From the NCBI GenBank assembly GCA_044892525.1, contig CM097888.1, positions 60,016,001 through 60,080,000 on the forward strand: a DNA stretch of 64,000 nt, given 5' to 3'. Position 1 is the first letter of the stretch, and each line of letters opens with the position of its first letter. Position numbers and translations under genes: made by a program. The notes beneath the pieces are model-generated. The model did not search any database and was not told where the DNA came from. It saw only the letters and a program-made list of their open reading frames with translations. This DNA comes from Schmidtea polychroa. Taxonomy: Eukaryota. Positions 46,601 to 61,600 of this stretch are shown here, piece after piece.

Positions 46601-49600
46601 TCATGATTATTAATTCGAAATATTAATTCTTTCACAGTATATTTTCACACAATATTTACTCTTTTCAAAAATTATTTTTGAAATAAATATTTGATAATTG
46701 CTTCAATTTTCTAAAGTTTATAATTGAAATTTTTTTATTGTAAATATAATATTTTTGCTTATTTTATCATTATAAAAATGTTGGCACATGAAATATTTAT
46801 TTGATTTACCATGTTAACATGTGCCACATAAACCTTTTTTAATTATAAAATATTTATAAATATTTTAAATTATAGATAATTGTTATTTTTCGCAGATTCT
46901 TTCCATGACAAATTCTTTGACAGATTGCTATAACAATCCCTACATAAAATCCTTTACCATCTGCAACGCATTTATTTAACCCATTATTATTCAGGGAGTA
47001 TTTATGAAGACATCGATACCATAAATTAAAAAGCGTGTTGTTGATAAAAATTAATTACAAATAAGTTAAATTGTCAGTCACATTTATCGCTTTATTTCAA
47101 AATATTGTTTATTTTTAAATTATTAAATTAAAATATGAATTAAATTTAACATATTTGCGAAAAACTAATTTAGGTAAAAAATATTTTTAAAGTGAAATTT
47201 TTCTATTTGTCACCCGCTGTGGGCTGGTATTTATAGGACAGGATACATTTTGCAAACCACAAGTTAAATTCGGCTTTAATATTTGAAGAACCAATATTCG
47301 AATGCTTGTTTTTAAATAGTTTCAATTGGTCATTTTTGCACGTCAAAACACCCGTCAAAATTACTATTTAAAGGGAATATTAAAAAATATTTATTTCTTA
47401 ATCAATATTATGTAATTATCGACACATGGGGAATTTTAAATTTTACCATAAATTTTTATTTTAATTGACAATTTGACATTTTCATTATAGGAATTACTTA
47501 TACGACCATGTAATTTTGATTTTAATGGTTCAATAATATTTATATAGAAATAGATATTTGATCATCGTGTTCTTTCGGTTTTTGTTATTTCATCCAAATT
47601 CAAAACAGAAAGGTTTTATTTTTTAAATTATAAAACAGAAAATGCATATGCCTGTCACAAGAATTCCTTCCAAACGGTGAATAGTAGCGACGTGAAATTT
47701 TCATACGGCTATTTTTAATCTTTAACTTTTAACTTTTGCATTCATAATCAATAACGCGCGAAGACAATCAATTAAAACAAAGGCTTGGACTTTACAGAAG
47801 TTTTCTCGAAATGTATGTAAGAAAGCCAAGGGTAAAGGATCCATCAGCATTCATCGTCACCGATGATCGAACAGAGACAAAAAATATTGTTTATAGCCAA
47901 GTTTTGAAATAAATTTGTAATAACAGGATCAATAAAATTAATTATAATAGATGAATGATAATTTTGAATCTATTCCGAGTCAATCTGGGTAATAAAGTTA
48001 GTTATTTATATTATATGGTGTGCCCATAAAGTCCGTTAAAACACCTGTAGCTATATAATCATGTGATAAACAGAATATAATAAAGAAAGAAACACTTAAT
48101 TTTTTTATTCTTGTTAGTTTTCAACATACCCAACAAACAAATTGGAATTCGATTCTGTAGTTCTCTGAAAGCATTTCCAAGCTGATTTTCAGAAAGAACA
48201 GCAAATACATCAGTTATTCTATCTTGCAAACAAATACTAAATACAACTTTTAAAGACCAGAAACTAAATACATAAAGCTTTCTAATAATTTTTAAATATT
48301 CTTTCTATAACATACTTAGTCATTAATATAAATCAAACATATCGTCACCGAACATTGTGTAATTCTTCGAAGAAAAGCAAACACATCAATACAATATATC
48401 AAAAATGCAACAGTCTTATGCAAAGACTATTTCGCACCATATCATTCGAAATAATCAGTCATAGTTTTTATATTTATTTTAAACAGGGTATAATAAAATA
48501 ATCTATATATTATGTATAAAATTGAAAGTTTATTTGTTTAAACAAAAATAAAATTTAAATATCTCAAAATATACTAAAGCTAGACTATTCAAATTTTACT
48601 AATAAGTATTTAGGAATAGGGCCATTATTTCTGAAAAATTTCGCATGCGGCCCTCGAGAAAGGTGCTATAAAGAGTATGAAATCTCAGAGATGAAATTGT
48701 GCTATTTTTAGAAATGAAAAATATTAACTGTGAATTTTTGCAATTGGTTAAAATCCGAGAATGGTTATGTGACTTTGCATACACTGTCAATTTTTTTGAT
48801 AATCTTAATGAGGTTAATGTAAAATTGCACGGCAAAGGCACTTTTGCACATGATTTATATATTACCGGTCAATCATTTGAAGCCAAACTTGCTCCCTTTT
48901 CAACACAATTAAAAGTGAATAATTTAGCACGTTTTCCTTACTTGCATACACAAATCGTTGATCAAGTAACAGCTATTAAATATAGCCAGCAAATAACAAC
49001 TTTGAAAGAGGAGTTTCCAAGAAGATTTGTTGAATTTAGATCTCTTGAAAATCAATTTAATTTGCTTACATACCCATTTCAAACCAATCCAGAAACTGCA
49101 GCAAATAAACTTCAACTTCATAGTGACAACACTGTGAAGGAACTATATCAGTGATGGCGAACCTTTTCGAGCTTGCATGTCATTAATATTTTTTTTATAA
49201 AATAATAAGACGCGTGCCGAGAAAATAAAATAAAACCAATACATAATATGTTTTGTGTAAATAAATTTCAGAACTATACATAATAAACAAATATTTTTGT
49301 GTTATGTTAATATCCTTATTAAAAAAAAAGTATAAAATGAAAATATAGTTGAAATGAAATAAAAAAAATATCCATATTTTTATTAATTTAGTTATATGTA
49401 TTAAATTAATGAGATTTCTGTTGTTGTACGGTGGATGATAAATATTTTATATCCGGCTCATAATTCGTAGTTTTGAATAAGATACAAGAAGCACTGCTAT
49501 CGTCTGTTAGTCTATTTCTCATGTCTGATTTAATAAAATTCATTGAAGAAAACAATGTTTCACAAGAATAAGTAGATGAAAAAATTGTTAAAATAGCCAT

Positions 49601-52600
49601 TGCTATTTTTTAAGGCAAGAAAAATTATCGGGAATAGATTTCCAAGTTGTACGAATTTCATTTTCGCCATTTCTCCGGACTGCTCCAAATAATCGATCTC
49701 GTTCAATTTCTTCCAAAATGATTCTTAAATCAATGAATTTTTGCTTCCATATCGAACTAGATTGAAAAGCCACCAATTGCATCTCGAAATCTTCTAAATT
49801 CATAAACTCGAATATCGTTAAATTTAACTGTTCGTATGTATACATATCTGGACGAGTAATAAATTTTGAAGTTTCTTCAAATTGTCGAAATTGTATAAAT
49901 CTTGCCGAAAATTGTTCAATTGTAGCTTCTAAAACATTGTTGAATTCAGTTATTATTTTTGTTACATCGGGTTTTTCATGAACTTCTAAGTCCATAATAT
50001 ATTTTTTTTAATTTTTTATCTTGCTAAATTTACTGGTATTTATAGCTGAATATAATTCTGTTAGTGTCAAAATTCAATATAGTTACTATATTGAATTTCG
50101 ACACTGACAGAATTCTATTCAGCTTTAAACGCCATAAAAAATTTAGCTAGCAGATTTTTCTCAATTTTTGGATCAACTTACATATGTGAACAAATATTCT
50201 CGTGTTTGAACATTAAAAAGTCCAAAACCAGTTCGCAGCTTATAGATGTAAATTTGCAATCTGTGCTACGAATATCAACAAGTAAATTAGATCCTGACTA
50301 TAATAAACTTGTAGGAAATTTTTTTCAATTACAAATTGAAATCCTCTTAATTTTCATGTACTTATTTCATCATGATTTACTAAAGACATACATAATTTAT
50401 ATTATCGTTATTCTCATGTTAAAATTACAAATGCGTCTAAAAATAATCAAAGTATAAATAGAACCTTTTAATTTTAATTAATAGCCATCACTACCCATTC
50501 TAATTAGCATTCCAGAAAGTCTTGCCTCTTGTTAACCCAATAGCATTTTACATAAATATTTCTAATTTTACTTAAAGTTCAGAATGTTTCAGTTCGCCAA
50601 TTGTATAATTTTTATTTTATGTTTTATATACTTCATAGTGATTTTAATGTTTTCATATTTTTGCAGAAAATAAAACATTATCTTACATTTCATTTTGATT
50701 CATAGATAAATCTCTGATAAATTCATTCTGAATAGGATTTTTGTTTTCTTTCATTGAAAGATCCATTGGTTCTATATCATCTATTGGAATTTCTATTTCA
50801 AGAGATTTTTGTACAGAATTTATAGGCTCGTCTTGAACATTATCTAATGTTGATTCTGTGTTATTATTGATTGGAACTGTCGCACTGCTTTCATCGAGTG
50901 ACTGAATTATTGATAGGGGAATTCGATCAATTGTTTTAAAATCTTTATTCAAATTGCATTCAGCATATGGACAACCAGATGTCCTGTGTAATTATGTAAA
51001 AGTAAAATATATCGTGGATTTATAAACCTTTGATGATTTGAATATCTAGGACCTTTAACATGACCATATCCTTTACATCCATAAATAGGACACGCACTTG
51101 ATTCGATAGAAGCATCGACTAAATATTATAAAGCTAAAGTTTTAAGATATGAAAGGAACAATTTATAAAAAAATTCCTGTTTGCATTTAGCAAAAAAATT
51201 ATAATTTGAAAACTGAGAAACTAATTTAAAAAATAAAAATAAAATCATCATAAAATCAACGTACTAAATCTTATAGTTTAAAGATAAGCAATTTTAAAAT
51301 GTTAAAAATTATTTTAATATTTACAAATTCATATTCATCTATTGCAGGGGTTCTCAAAGTGCGGCCCTCGAACTGTTGAAATATGGCTCGTGAACCGCCA
51401 ATGTAAGATTAGAGATCATAATTTAAAAAAATATTTTGTATTTTTATTACAAAAAAAGGTTCAGTTGAAGTGAATTCAGACCAAATGCAAACCTATGTAT
51501 ACATGTGACTTCAAAAACAAGTTTCAAGCAATAGAAAATAAAACTTCTCAGTAAATGCAGCATTCTTTTGTAAGACATTTCCATGAAATAGTATAATATA
51601 TTCTAAGTCGAAGAAGTCTATTATTACTTTTTTAAAAACATTTTTGTATTTTGGCCCGACAAATAAAACTTTGGTAATCCTTGATCAATTGATTTCACCT
51701 TTGATCTTTTAATTAATTCAGAAATAATCATATTAATATTTGAATTACTATTGATCAAAAAAATATATAAGGTACGCAATATTTCAGTACAGCCTTTATC
51801 AATACACACTTGATGAAGTCTGTGCCGAAATAATTTGTACCTTATATATTGTTTTGATCAATAGTATTACAAATATTAATATGAAAATTATTTACATATT
51901 CAATTAATTCTAAAAATAAAATATCAGAAATACGTTAAAATTTTGTGTGCCCAATAAGTTCAATATAAAGATAAACGAAATCAGGAAATATTTTAAGGTT
52001 GATCTATAATAATAATGAAAATTAATGACATATCATAAGAAAATAGACCACTGGTGAAAAAACTAAAGAATTTTTACTGTTAAAGTATATCATTCCTTGT
52101 TTTTATTGTAATTGTTACTAATGAAATATCATTAGGAAATGTGATATTGAGATTTTTGGCTTTGAAATAGAAAATTTTTAATTTGAACTAAATGATGGTG
52201 ATTTATTTATTTTTATATTTTGGTTTGTGTTGTTAAATGAAAAAAGCATGAAAAAAATTTTTTTTAATATCTTTTAGTGGCGTTGGATGTAAAAACAATC
52301 CAATGTATTAAAAACGGATTTAAATGTTGTGCGATAATTTTGGGGCTCTATTTTATAGATATATGCTCAATAAAAACAGACTTACATGTAGGAGGAGGCT
52401 GTAAAACACATCCATTTTTTGCACACCATCCTACTGGGAGAATATTAGTCCATGAACTGCCGAGGTCAATTTTGTAATTGTATTTTTCTGACCAATCATC
52501 AAAACCAATTGTTACTTGAAATTCTTCATTTAACTTGGCAATATGCGCCACTCTTATGAGCTGTGGGCATCGTTTATCAATCACTTCACAACGCATACCC

Positions 52601-55600
52601 ACATCCAAATCGAACCACCACTGATTTCTCTAAAAATTATCTCCGTTTATAACTAGACTCAAATATAGATAACATTTTATTTCATTGAGTCTAAATTTCA
52701 AATTTTATCCTAAGAAACATTTGAGATTTACATGAGGATAAACGTTTAAAATTTTTGAATTACAGAGTTATTAAAATATTTTTATTAAAAAGTTTAAAAA
52801 AATGTTATATTTTTGAATTTTTCATTTAATTTGATTTCAAGTTTAAATTCTTGAAAACTTTTATTTTCATTTATTTCAACCAATGAGAAGGCAGAACATG
52901 AATTTTAAACAGATAATTAAAATAGCTAAATTCCTATATAATAATAATAATAATATTAATAATGCTTACTTCTTCGAAAATTGAATTAGGCACTGATTCT
53001 GAATTTGTTAATTTTAAATAACTATCCCAACTAAATGAGCTTAAATCATGTCCATAAGCTATATTTCGATAAAGACTAAAATTATTATATTCGGTTTATT
53101 TAAAATACCTGATGGTATTGACAGCACTTTTTCATTATCCTCACAATATCCTACCGGCAATAATAACGGTGAGCTGTAATGCGCCCACATATCATAGGAA
53201 GAATCCCAGCTATCAAAATGCACCAAAATATTTTCGCCAATTATATCTTTCACGGTAGCAACACAAATCATTCCAGAATTTCTTTTATCAACAGCTTCTA
53301 ACTTTTGACCAATAATAAAATTATTTTTAGATGAATTCTGAAATGTATAAATCCCAATAAAATCGCCATCAGTAAAATTAATTTACTGGATTTCTGACAA
53401 TAAAGAAACAGCTTTCGTGGGTGGCTTCTGATTTTGTTTTTGTTAAATAAACAGGCCATGAAAATGCAATATTTATGTAATCTAAATATTAAATTTATTT
53501 TTAATTTCGTTAAAACAACAATTTTTTAAAAACGCGTTTTAATAAATTAAAAAATAAAACCAATAATTATCTATATGTAGAACGCATTGAAATACATATA
53601 CACCTAAAACCCCTAAATATTTGACGATACAATTACAAATGAAATGAAAAATAGTTTAAAAGAACTAAAAAATTATTATGTAAAACTAAAGTTATATATT
53701 TCCTGAAAAAATCGAAAAACTAGCAAAAGAAAAAAAGCCTGTGTTTTTCACTGGGAAGCGATTGATTCAAATATATTTACAAATATCTGAGTTTTTTTAG
53801 AACAATAAAACAAAAAAAAATTGATAACAAAATATAAAATTTTACTTATTCTTTTCCTTTTTTAATAATAAAACACGATGGCTGGATATTGCATCATAGC
53901 TAACTATAAAATTTGAAAATATACTATCTTATAAGCTAATTTCATGTGTATCAATTTTCAACAAGATTTTAATATCTTTTGAATTTGAGGTTTTCAATAA
54001 TTCTATTGGCAATGCAAAAAAAATGGAATACTCTCTTACAAAAATAGGAAATAGTGTATTAATCTTTAAAGCAGTGATGCCCACAATATTTTCAACAAGT
54101 ACCAAAAATAAATAGTGAGAATTTAAAAAATTCAAATTTTTTATTAAAATCATTCATTAATATTATTGGCTAATTTTTCAAAATCAATTGAATCATCATT
54201 CATCGCTATTTTAAGTTGAATTTAAATTTGAATTTTGTAATCGATTCCTGTGTTTATTTTTAATTATTTTCAAAGCTGATCTCTTTCGATTGTAAATAAA
54301 TAATAAACAATAATTATTGATTTCAAGGTTAGGGTAATTGTTTCGAAAACTTTAACAAATATGGAAGTTTAAAAAGTGCCAATAAAAAGGCTAACGCGTG
54401 TCACACTTTGGGCACCACTGCTTTAAAAGCTTTGAATATGCAAACTTTAGAGAAAAAGAAGATGGATTGATCACGTAGCGTTACCTTTATTCTAGCTAAG
54501 TTTAATAAATTCGTCTTCCTGTCGTTTTATCATGTCTTGTTTATTCATTATTCTTAATAAATGGACGTCATTTTCAATAAGATAAATCAAGACCACATAG
54601 AGAAATATAGGTTGAGGAAACTTAAAGCAATCAGACTAGAAAGTCCTAATTCATCCATAGAACTCCTTGATATCATACTTTTTTCTATCAATGCAGTATT
54701 TTCTTGTAAAAAAGCATACTCTTTAAAGGCGTAACACTTGAAAAACGGGCTTCTGGAAATTTATGAAAAACAGAAAATGAATATTAGAAACTATCTATAT
54801 ATAAGAATTAAATTTACCTTTTTTCAGAAATGGAATACGAAAATTAGCTTCAGAATAGAGAACAAGGAAAATTATATTCATTCAAATGGTAGCTTAAGTT
54901 CGAGTAAAGATTGAAATTGGCACCCTTTTTATGTTTTGTTTATCGAATGATAATTTAAATTTAAATCAAATCAAATCATAAAAATACAAACTGTTTGTCT
55001 TTTAATTTTATGAATTTAAATTGCATTGTAAACATCAAGTTTAAAAGTAAATAAATAAATTAAGTCCGTAACCGGACACCAAAATCATGTTTGACAAAAA
55101 GTTTGTATGAAAAAGGGATACGATTAGATAAATATCGAGCTATAAAATTAAGTGTTAAAAGTTTTATCATTTTTCATTGAAAAATTAATGATTCAATAAA
55201 TTTTCCACTTTTTAAAATGTATGTCTCCCTAAAGCATTGATTGATTGGAGCTAATTCAATCCGGTTTCTTAAAAATTTTGAAACTTGGACAATTTTCGTT
55301 AACTCAGTTTACAAAATCACTCATTGTAGTTGGGTTTCTTTTTAATTTAAGATTAAATGAACATTTGGCATCTACCACATAATGCGAAAATTTGAATTTC
55401 TTTTTTAAATTGCAATCAGTATTAAAATTTTTATATGAATATTCATATAATAATTTAAACTTTATAAAATAAATAATATGTAACCTCTATTCATATTATT
55501 TGAGTTAATTTTATTTTACTGTTTCGAATTCGAACTTTTACTTAAATTAAGAATTTTTACTCATTTCGTCTGTCAAATTTTATTTTTTTAATTTGGTGAG

Positions 55601-58600
55601 TCGGTTTTTTAACATTTCACAGTAAAAACCCCGAAAATGGAAAAATTTATTTTATTTTAAACAACTATTTTAAAAGAACTATTTAAATTTCTTCGAAATA
55701 TAGCAATTTTAAAATAATATAAAACTAAATTGTTTGAATTAAACAAATTGTTATAATGTAAACGGGTGCAAAATAAATAGGTTAAAACATGTCATTATTT
55801 CATTTATTCAATAATTATACATATAATTATTATCCATAATATGAAATAATTGAAAATAAATCAAATTATAACATTGTTCGTCTTTTGAAACTCTATCATT
55901 AAAATGCAAATTTTCTCCAAAAAATATTCACTTTAATATCTTTAGAAAATAAAAGATAATTTAAATTTAAAATTTTATTTTATTTTTACTAATTATTCAA
56001 AATGTGAAAAAAAATTTTATTTTAACAAATTTATAAGTTAAAATTCATTTTTAATAAAAAATTTTAGAAATTTATATTTAATTGATTTTTAATTGTCCTT
56101 ACGATTTTGCAATTGTGAAATTAAATTATAAATCAAAACAACATTATTTACATATTATTGATTGATGATAAATTGTAAGTAGTAACTAATCGAATTAAAA
56201 TGAAGATAAAAATTGGAAAACTCAAAGTACCTTTTGGAGGTTGTAACTTTCTATTGTTATTCTCACACCAACCAGTTGGGAAGATTAATTGTGAATCTGA
56301 TAATGTCCAAAAATCAAATTGATCTTGATAACCATCAAAGTGCAATCGTAATCGACTACCTAAAATCTCAACAATTGTCAGTACGCAGAATAAACTTTCA
56401 TTGTTCGGATCAATTCCTTCAAGTTTTTGATTTACAGAGAATTTATATTTTGAATTGTATTCCATCTGTATATAAAATTACAAATAATTCATTCAAAGCC
56501 GAAAAATAGAAAAAAATATGGATTGACTTTTTAATCAAATTATCATTAGCTTGTATTTGGCTTGTACTTACTGTTTTGTGGAAACATTTTTTCAATGTTT
56601 AATATTTTATTAAGATATCACAAATGAACTTCTTCCACAAATAACCAATGTAATTGAAAAGGTTAAACGAGATGGTAAACTGTACAAGGGATATTACTGT
56701 GGCAATAAACTATAGAAAGCTGTATGCCATTTTCTATACAATTACAAATTGGATAAAAAATACTTCTGTATTTATGAGTTGTTTCGTTTTCATTAATATT
56801 CTTATCATAAAGTCAAATTCTAGGGTCTGGTTGCAAAGTCACGAATTCAATCCCAAGAGGGATCAAGTTTCTTACATGAAACCGATAAGAGCTAAGCTTC
56901 ATTTAGTTTTTGATTATAGATTAATTTTTAATATTATAAGTTTATTTTTCAAATTTCATCACTGATTTCTTTTCCATTGAAATTGTATTTTATAAAAAGC
57001 TTGAATCAGTAAATATATCAAAAATATCGATATATTTACTGATTCATAGTCAAGCTTTTTAATAAATGCTACCTCTGTTCCACAATAGTTGTCACATTTT
57101 GATACTTTTGGTCTGATTATTAAAATTGTGACAAGTATTATAGAACAAAATTTATGCATCAAATGTGACAATTATTGTGGAATGGAGGTAGTACAATTTT
57201 TTATATTCTATACAATTTTTCAACACCTTACAAAACATATGAAAAACCAGCTTTGGAACTTTTATGATAAAACATAAAATATTGATCTATATTCAAAAAC
57301 TAAATTAGGATAAATTTGTAAGTCAAAATTTTTAAATTTTAATAAAATTTGTATTTTACGAAAGGGCGAGATCTTTTTATGTATACATTGTAAAACATAG
57401 ACGTCTATTGAATAAGATAACTTTATAAATGTCCACATTTGAAAACAATATGTTAAATAAATATTCTATATTAAGTATAAATTTTACCAAAAACGCCAAT
57501 TTTGAAAAGAATATTAAAAATATAATCAAAAATTGAAATTTCGCCAAAATATAACATGAGTCACGCTTGAAAATAGTCTTGCTAAAATAAATAATCATAA
57601 TTTATAATGTGATAACTTTAAACATCTTTTCGGACGAATGTATTAAAAAAGCAAAAATACATGAATATTCTCGTTAGACTATATTTTGATCAGTTGATAT
57701 GTTTTCTGTCTAAATTTTCAATTACATTGTTAATTTTACATTTATTAATGTTTCTATTTTATAACCTTTTTCAAACAACAAATAAAATTACTTAAAACTT
57801 AAGTTTTATTTTCAACATTTTATGACATCAGTTAACTTCTTTTTTTTTAATCAATAAATTAGTTACGATTTGTTTGTTTTTATCAAAAAAAATAATTACA
57901 TAATAGTCATGTGTTATAATGAAAAAAATAAAGACAGAGCTTACATCAATGCTAGAGAATCGTATTCCAATATTGTCAAATAGTTTAGCTGGAACTGTTC
58001 TGCCATCGATTGATTTAAGATATTCCGTCCAATCAAAACTGCTAATTTTTGATTCTAGAAAAACATAAACTTACTACTTTCATTAATATAAGTAATTATA
58101 TTGATTGAGAAAATTATATTATTAGTCATTTAGTTGATTTTTCGTTTTTCATTGCTGGGATTAATATGGAACTGAAATTATAAACTATCGGATTATTATT
58201 TACCAGAAATATGGATTTATTTCGTAGTAAAAACTCTCGATCAAACATCAAATTTTTGGACAATTTATCTCTATACTTTTTCATGTTAAACATGCAATAC
58301 CTTATTTAAATTTCAATATTTTTAGTAAAATATNNNNNNNNNNNNNNNNNNNNNNNNNNNNNNNNNNNNNNNNNNNNNNNNNNNNNNNNNNNNNNNNNNN
58401 NNNNNNNNNNNNNNNNNNNNNNNNNNNNNNNNNNNNNNNNNNNNNNNNNNNNNNNNNNNNNNNNNNNNNNNNNNNNNNCTGTTTAAAAAAATAGTCAAAG
58501 AACGAAAGTTTGGTTCAAAAGTGGCAATTTATGAAAAACAAAAATAAGTTTAAATATCATTAAAATGTTTGATTTCAAAAAAGATTGGACATAGAAATTA

Positions 58601-61600
58601 TTGATTTTTTAATAAAATTTTTGTAAAATTTCATACGAAATTTTTTTGAATTTAATTATCATTCATATATTTATTTAATCTGAGTTCTTGTTTATTCAGA
58701 TCAATTATTTCTACTCATCGATTTTTTGTTTCGAGTCACGAAACAATTTAGACTTCTCTAAAAAGTTATTTTGAAAATATATGTTAAAATTTTAATCTTT
58801 TCAGTGCCGAATATATTTCATTATACAATACAGATAACCCTCCTACAACGCTTTAGATAGTTTCCTAAAAAATGCCGCGTTGTCGGAAAATTTCCGCATT
58901 TTAGGAATCGCGTTGTAGGGAGGTTATCTCTATTTACAAAAACTTATTTAGAATTTAGGCGTGGATTCTTTGTGGATTCGCAAAAATCCAATTAGAAAAT
59001 AATAAAATCAATTCATAGAATAACTGAACATCTTTAAACTTCCTTTTGTACACAATTCATTAGTTAAAATTCTTTTTCGCCGATATATAAAGTGATAAAT
59101 TTAATTTTCAAATGTGTGGAATCAGTAAATAAAAAACGCAAATATTTTATTCAAATTTTTAAGGAATGTAACAACGTGAAATATTTTCATCATAAATTCT
59201 AATCATCAACTGTTATTAACCCCTTTTTGGCTGAAATAAGGATGTAATGTAAATATTTGTTATTATATCTTCATTAAAAACTTTAAATAAACCATTATCT
59301 CAATCAACCTTACGTAGATCGACAGATTTATTCATCATCATAATTAACTTTAAATTATTTTAAGAATTTTCAAAATGCCAAAAATAAATTCATTCAAATA
59401 ATGATTTGTAATCATATTTGAGTAAGTAAAGAAATGTCTATAAAAATTATAGACTATAGCAATGATATATAATAAAAGTCATTGGAGTATGATTGTCTAA
59501 AATAGTCTGAAATGCATAATCAATTAGGCAAACAATAAAAAAAACAAAATACGATGATTGCATGCAAAAAATATATAATCTAAAAAAGGATGTTATAAAA
59601 TCGACAAACATTAAAAATTAGTTGATAACGTAGATCAAGATCCACAGAAAATTTGTTTAGCTCATTGAAACACATTCTTGTTGAAGTTCTAAACAAAGAC
59701 CAAAAGACTCCAGATATCAGATATTCTAATCATTGATAGAACATATCATATGTCTTTCAGCATATAATTAAATGATAAAAGATTAATATTTATTTGGATA
59801 AACAAAAAAACACCCATTGTTATACAATAATACATTAAAACTTAAATATTAGACTGAAAAAATATAAATTCAAACTCGGTTTAAATTTCATTTTTCTAAA
59901 CTATCATTTAAACAAATCCGCAAAAAATGGAAAATATATATATTATGTTCAATAAATTATTAAGCATATGTTGCAATTATGTATAATTTTCAAAATTTAT
60001 ATACATGAAATATTGCCTATATAAGTAACGTTTTTTGTAAGAACTAAGAATGAAATTCAACAATTGAATTATTTGTGACTAATTTAAAATCGACGCACAT
60101 TTATTAGTAATTCAACGAAATTATTATATCCATAAGAACTAAATATTCTAGGAAATCCACCATTGATCCTTTAATTTCAGCATATAATTTAAAAAGATCG
60201 ATATTTATTTAATTTTTTATTTTTTTGGTCACCTTTGATCTTGATGATATTTCATTTATTTTCATTCTGCCTTAGGTTCCAAGGGATTTTACATCATATT
60301 TTACAAAAAAGCCAAAATTAAAGTGTTGCAAAATGTGAACCACGAGTTTTTCCATAATAACTTGAATTCTTTCAATAATTCAGTATTTTTCGGAATAATC
60401 GATTTTTTTACAAATAGGTAACCAATACCTTGTTAATATTTTTTTTCCTAGTTCATCTCTTCTGATATTTAAATAGAGCATCTTTATCATCTGGTTATAT
60501 TAATAGAAATTTAAATAGAGTTGTAGTCATCAACTTATTGGTTCTTCCGTCTTTTTAATATCATATTCAAAGATTTTTTAAACGGAGTGCGATTAATATT
60601 TAATTTAAATATTTAATTCAATTCAATACACGAACCAGCTTTATAATATATTTCAATCATTTCTAAAAATAAAAATTATTTATTAAGAAAAGCGAGAACA
60701 AATAGATTTCTTTAAATTTAAAATCAATTTTTATTTTCTGAAAATAAAATGTAAGAAAATATTTTTTTATATTTTAATCACAATGGTAATGGCAGCATTC
60801 GGCCACCCTGATGTACACTATTTATTAATATTTTTTTTATATTTATATAAAAGAGTTAAAGGAATTTGAAAAAAAAGATCAAGGCGAAAGCGATTTTATA
60901 TTTCTTCAAAAAACTACTGCAATAAGTTATTAGGTACCTTTGAGATATTAGAGATTGTCTTGTTTTAAATTTTCAAAAAATATGATTTGTGTTTATCAAC
61001 TTTAGTAAGAATTTCAAACATTTGTTTTGTTTTGTAATTTCTTTGACTACAAAATTTGTGAAATTTAGTGGTAAAATCATTTTTATTTCATCGCATTGAA
61101 AATCTGTTGGATGATATGAAGCGTTATTGTTCAGAAGTAAAATTACCTTTTGCAGTAAATATAATGTCTTTAAATGTGTCTTGAGTTTTGGTACAAATTC
61201 TTGAAATAATAATGAATTTATCCTTGCAGATTTTTTAGCATTGTAAAAATTGAGTATTAAACCAAGGATAAATTTTTGGTCTGTAGAATATATTTCTCTA
61301 TCTATCATTAAAAAATTTCTTATGTTTTTTGCAATTTCTTTTCCAGATAAATAATTTATATAAATATGTTTATCCCAGTTGGTTAGCAATCCTTCATTTG
61401 CTGTAAATTTTCCTTCACAGTTTAACTATGTATGAAAAGACATTGCTTTAGCTTTTATATGTGGACCTTCAAATAGAGTTCAATGTTGTTGCGTTTCATA
61501 ATCGTCGAGTTGTTGATTTTTTTGCTGTCTATCTAAAAGTACACTTTTCGATTGCTAAAATTCAAAGTTTTTTTATTTTATCCTCAAGCGCTTGCAGTAG

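Larger units (their letters stand above)
48590..50335 (+). mobile_element. SPIN/GTF2IRD2-like hAT transposase relic interrupted by an oppositely oriented hAT
   Basis: EWLCDFAYTV...LNEVNVKLHGK (48699-49154) resumes as IFSCLNIKKSK...VNLQSVLRIST (50190-50330). Confidence 0.8.
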
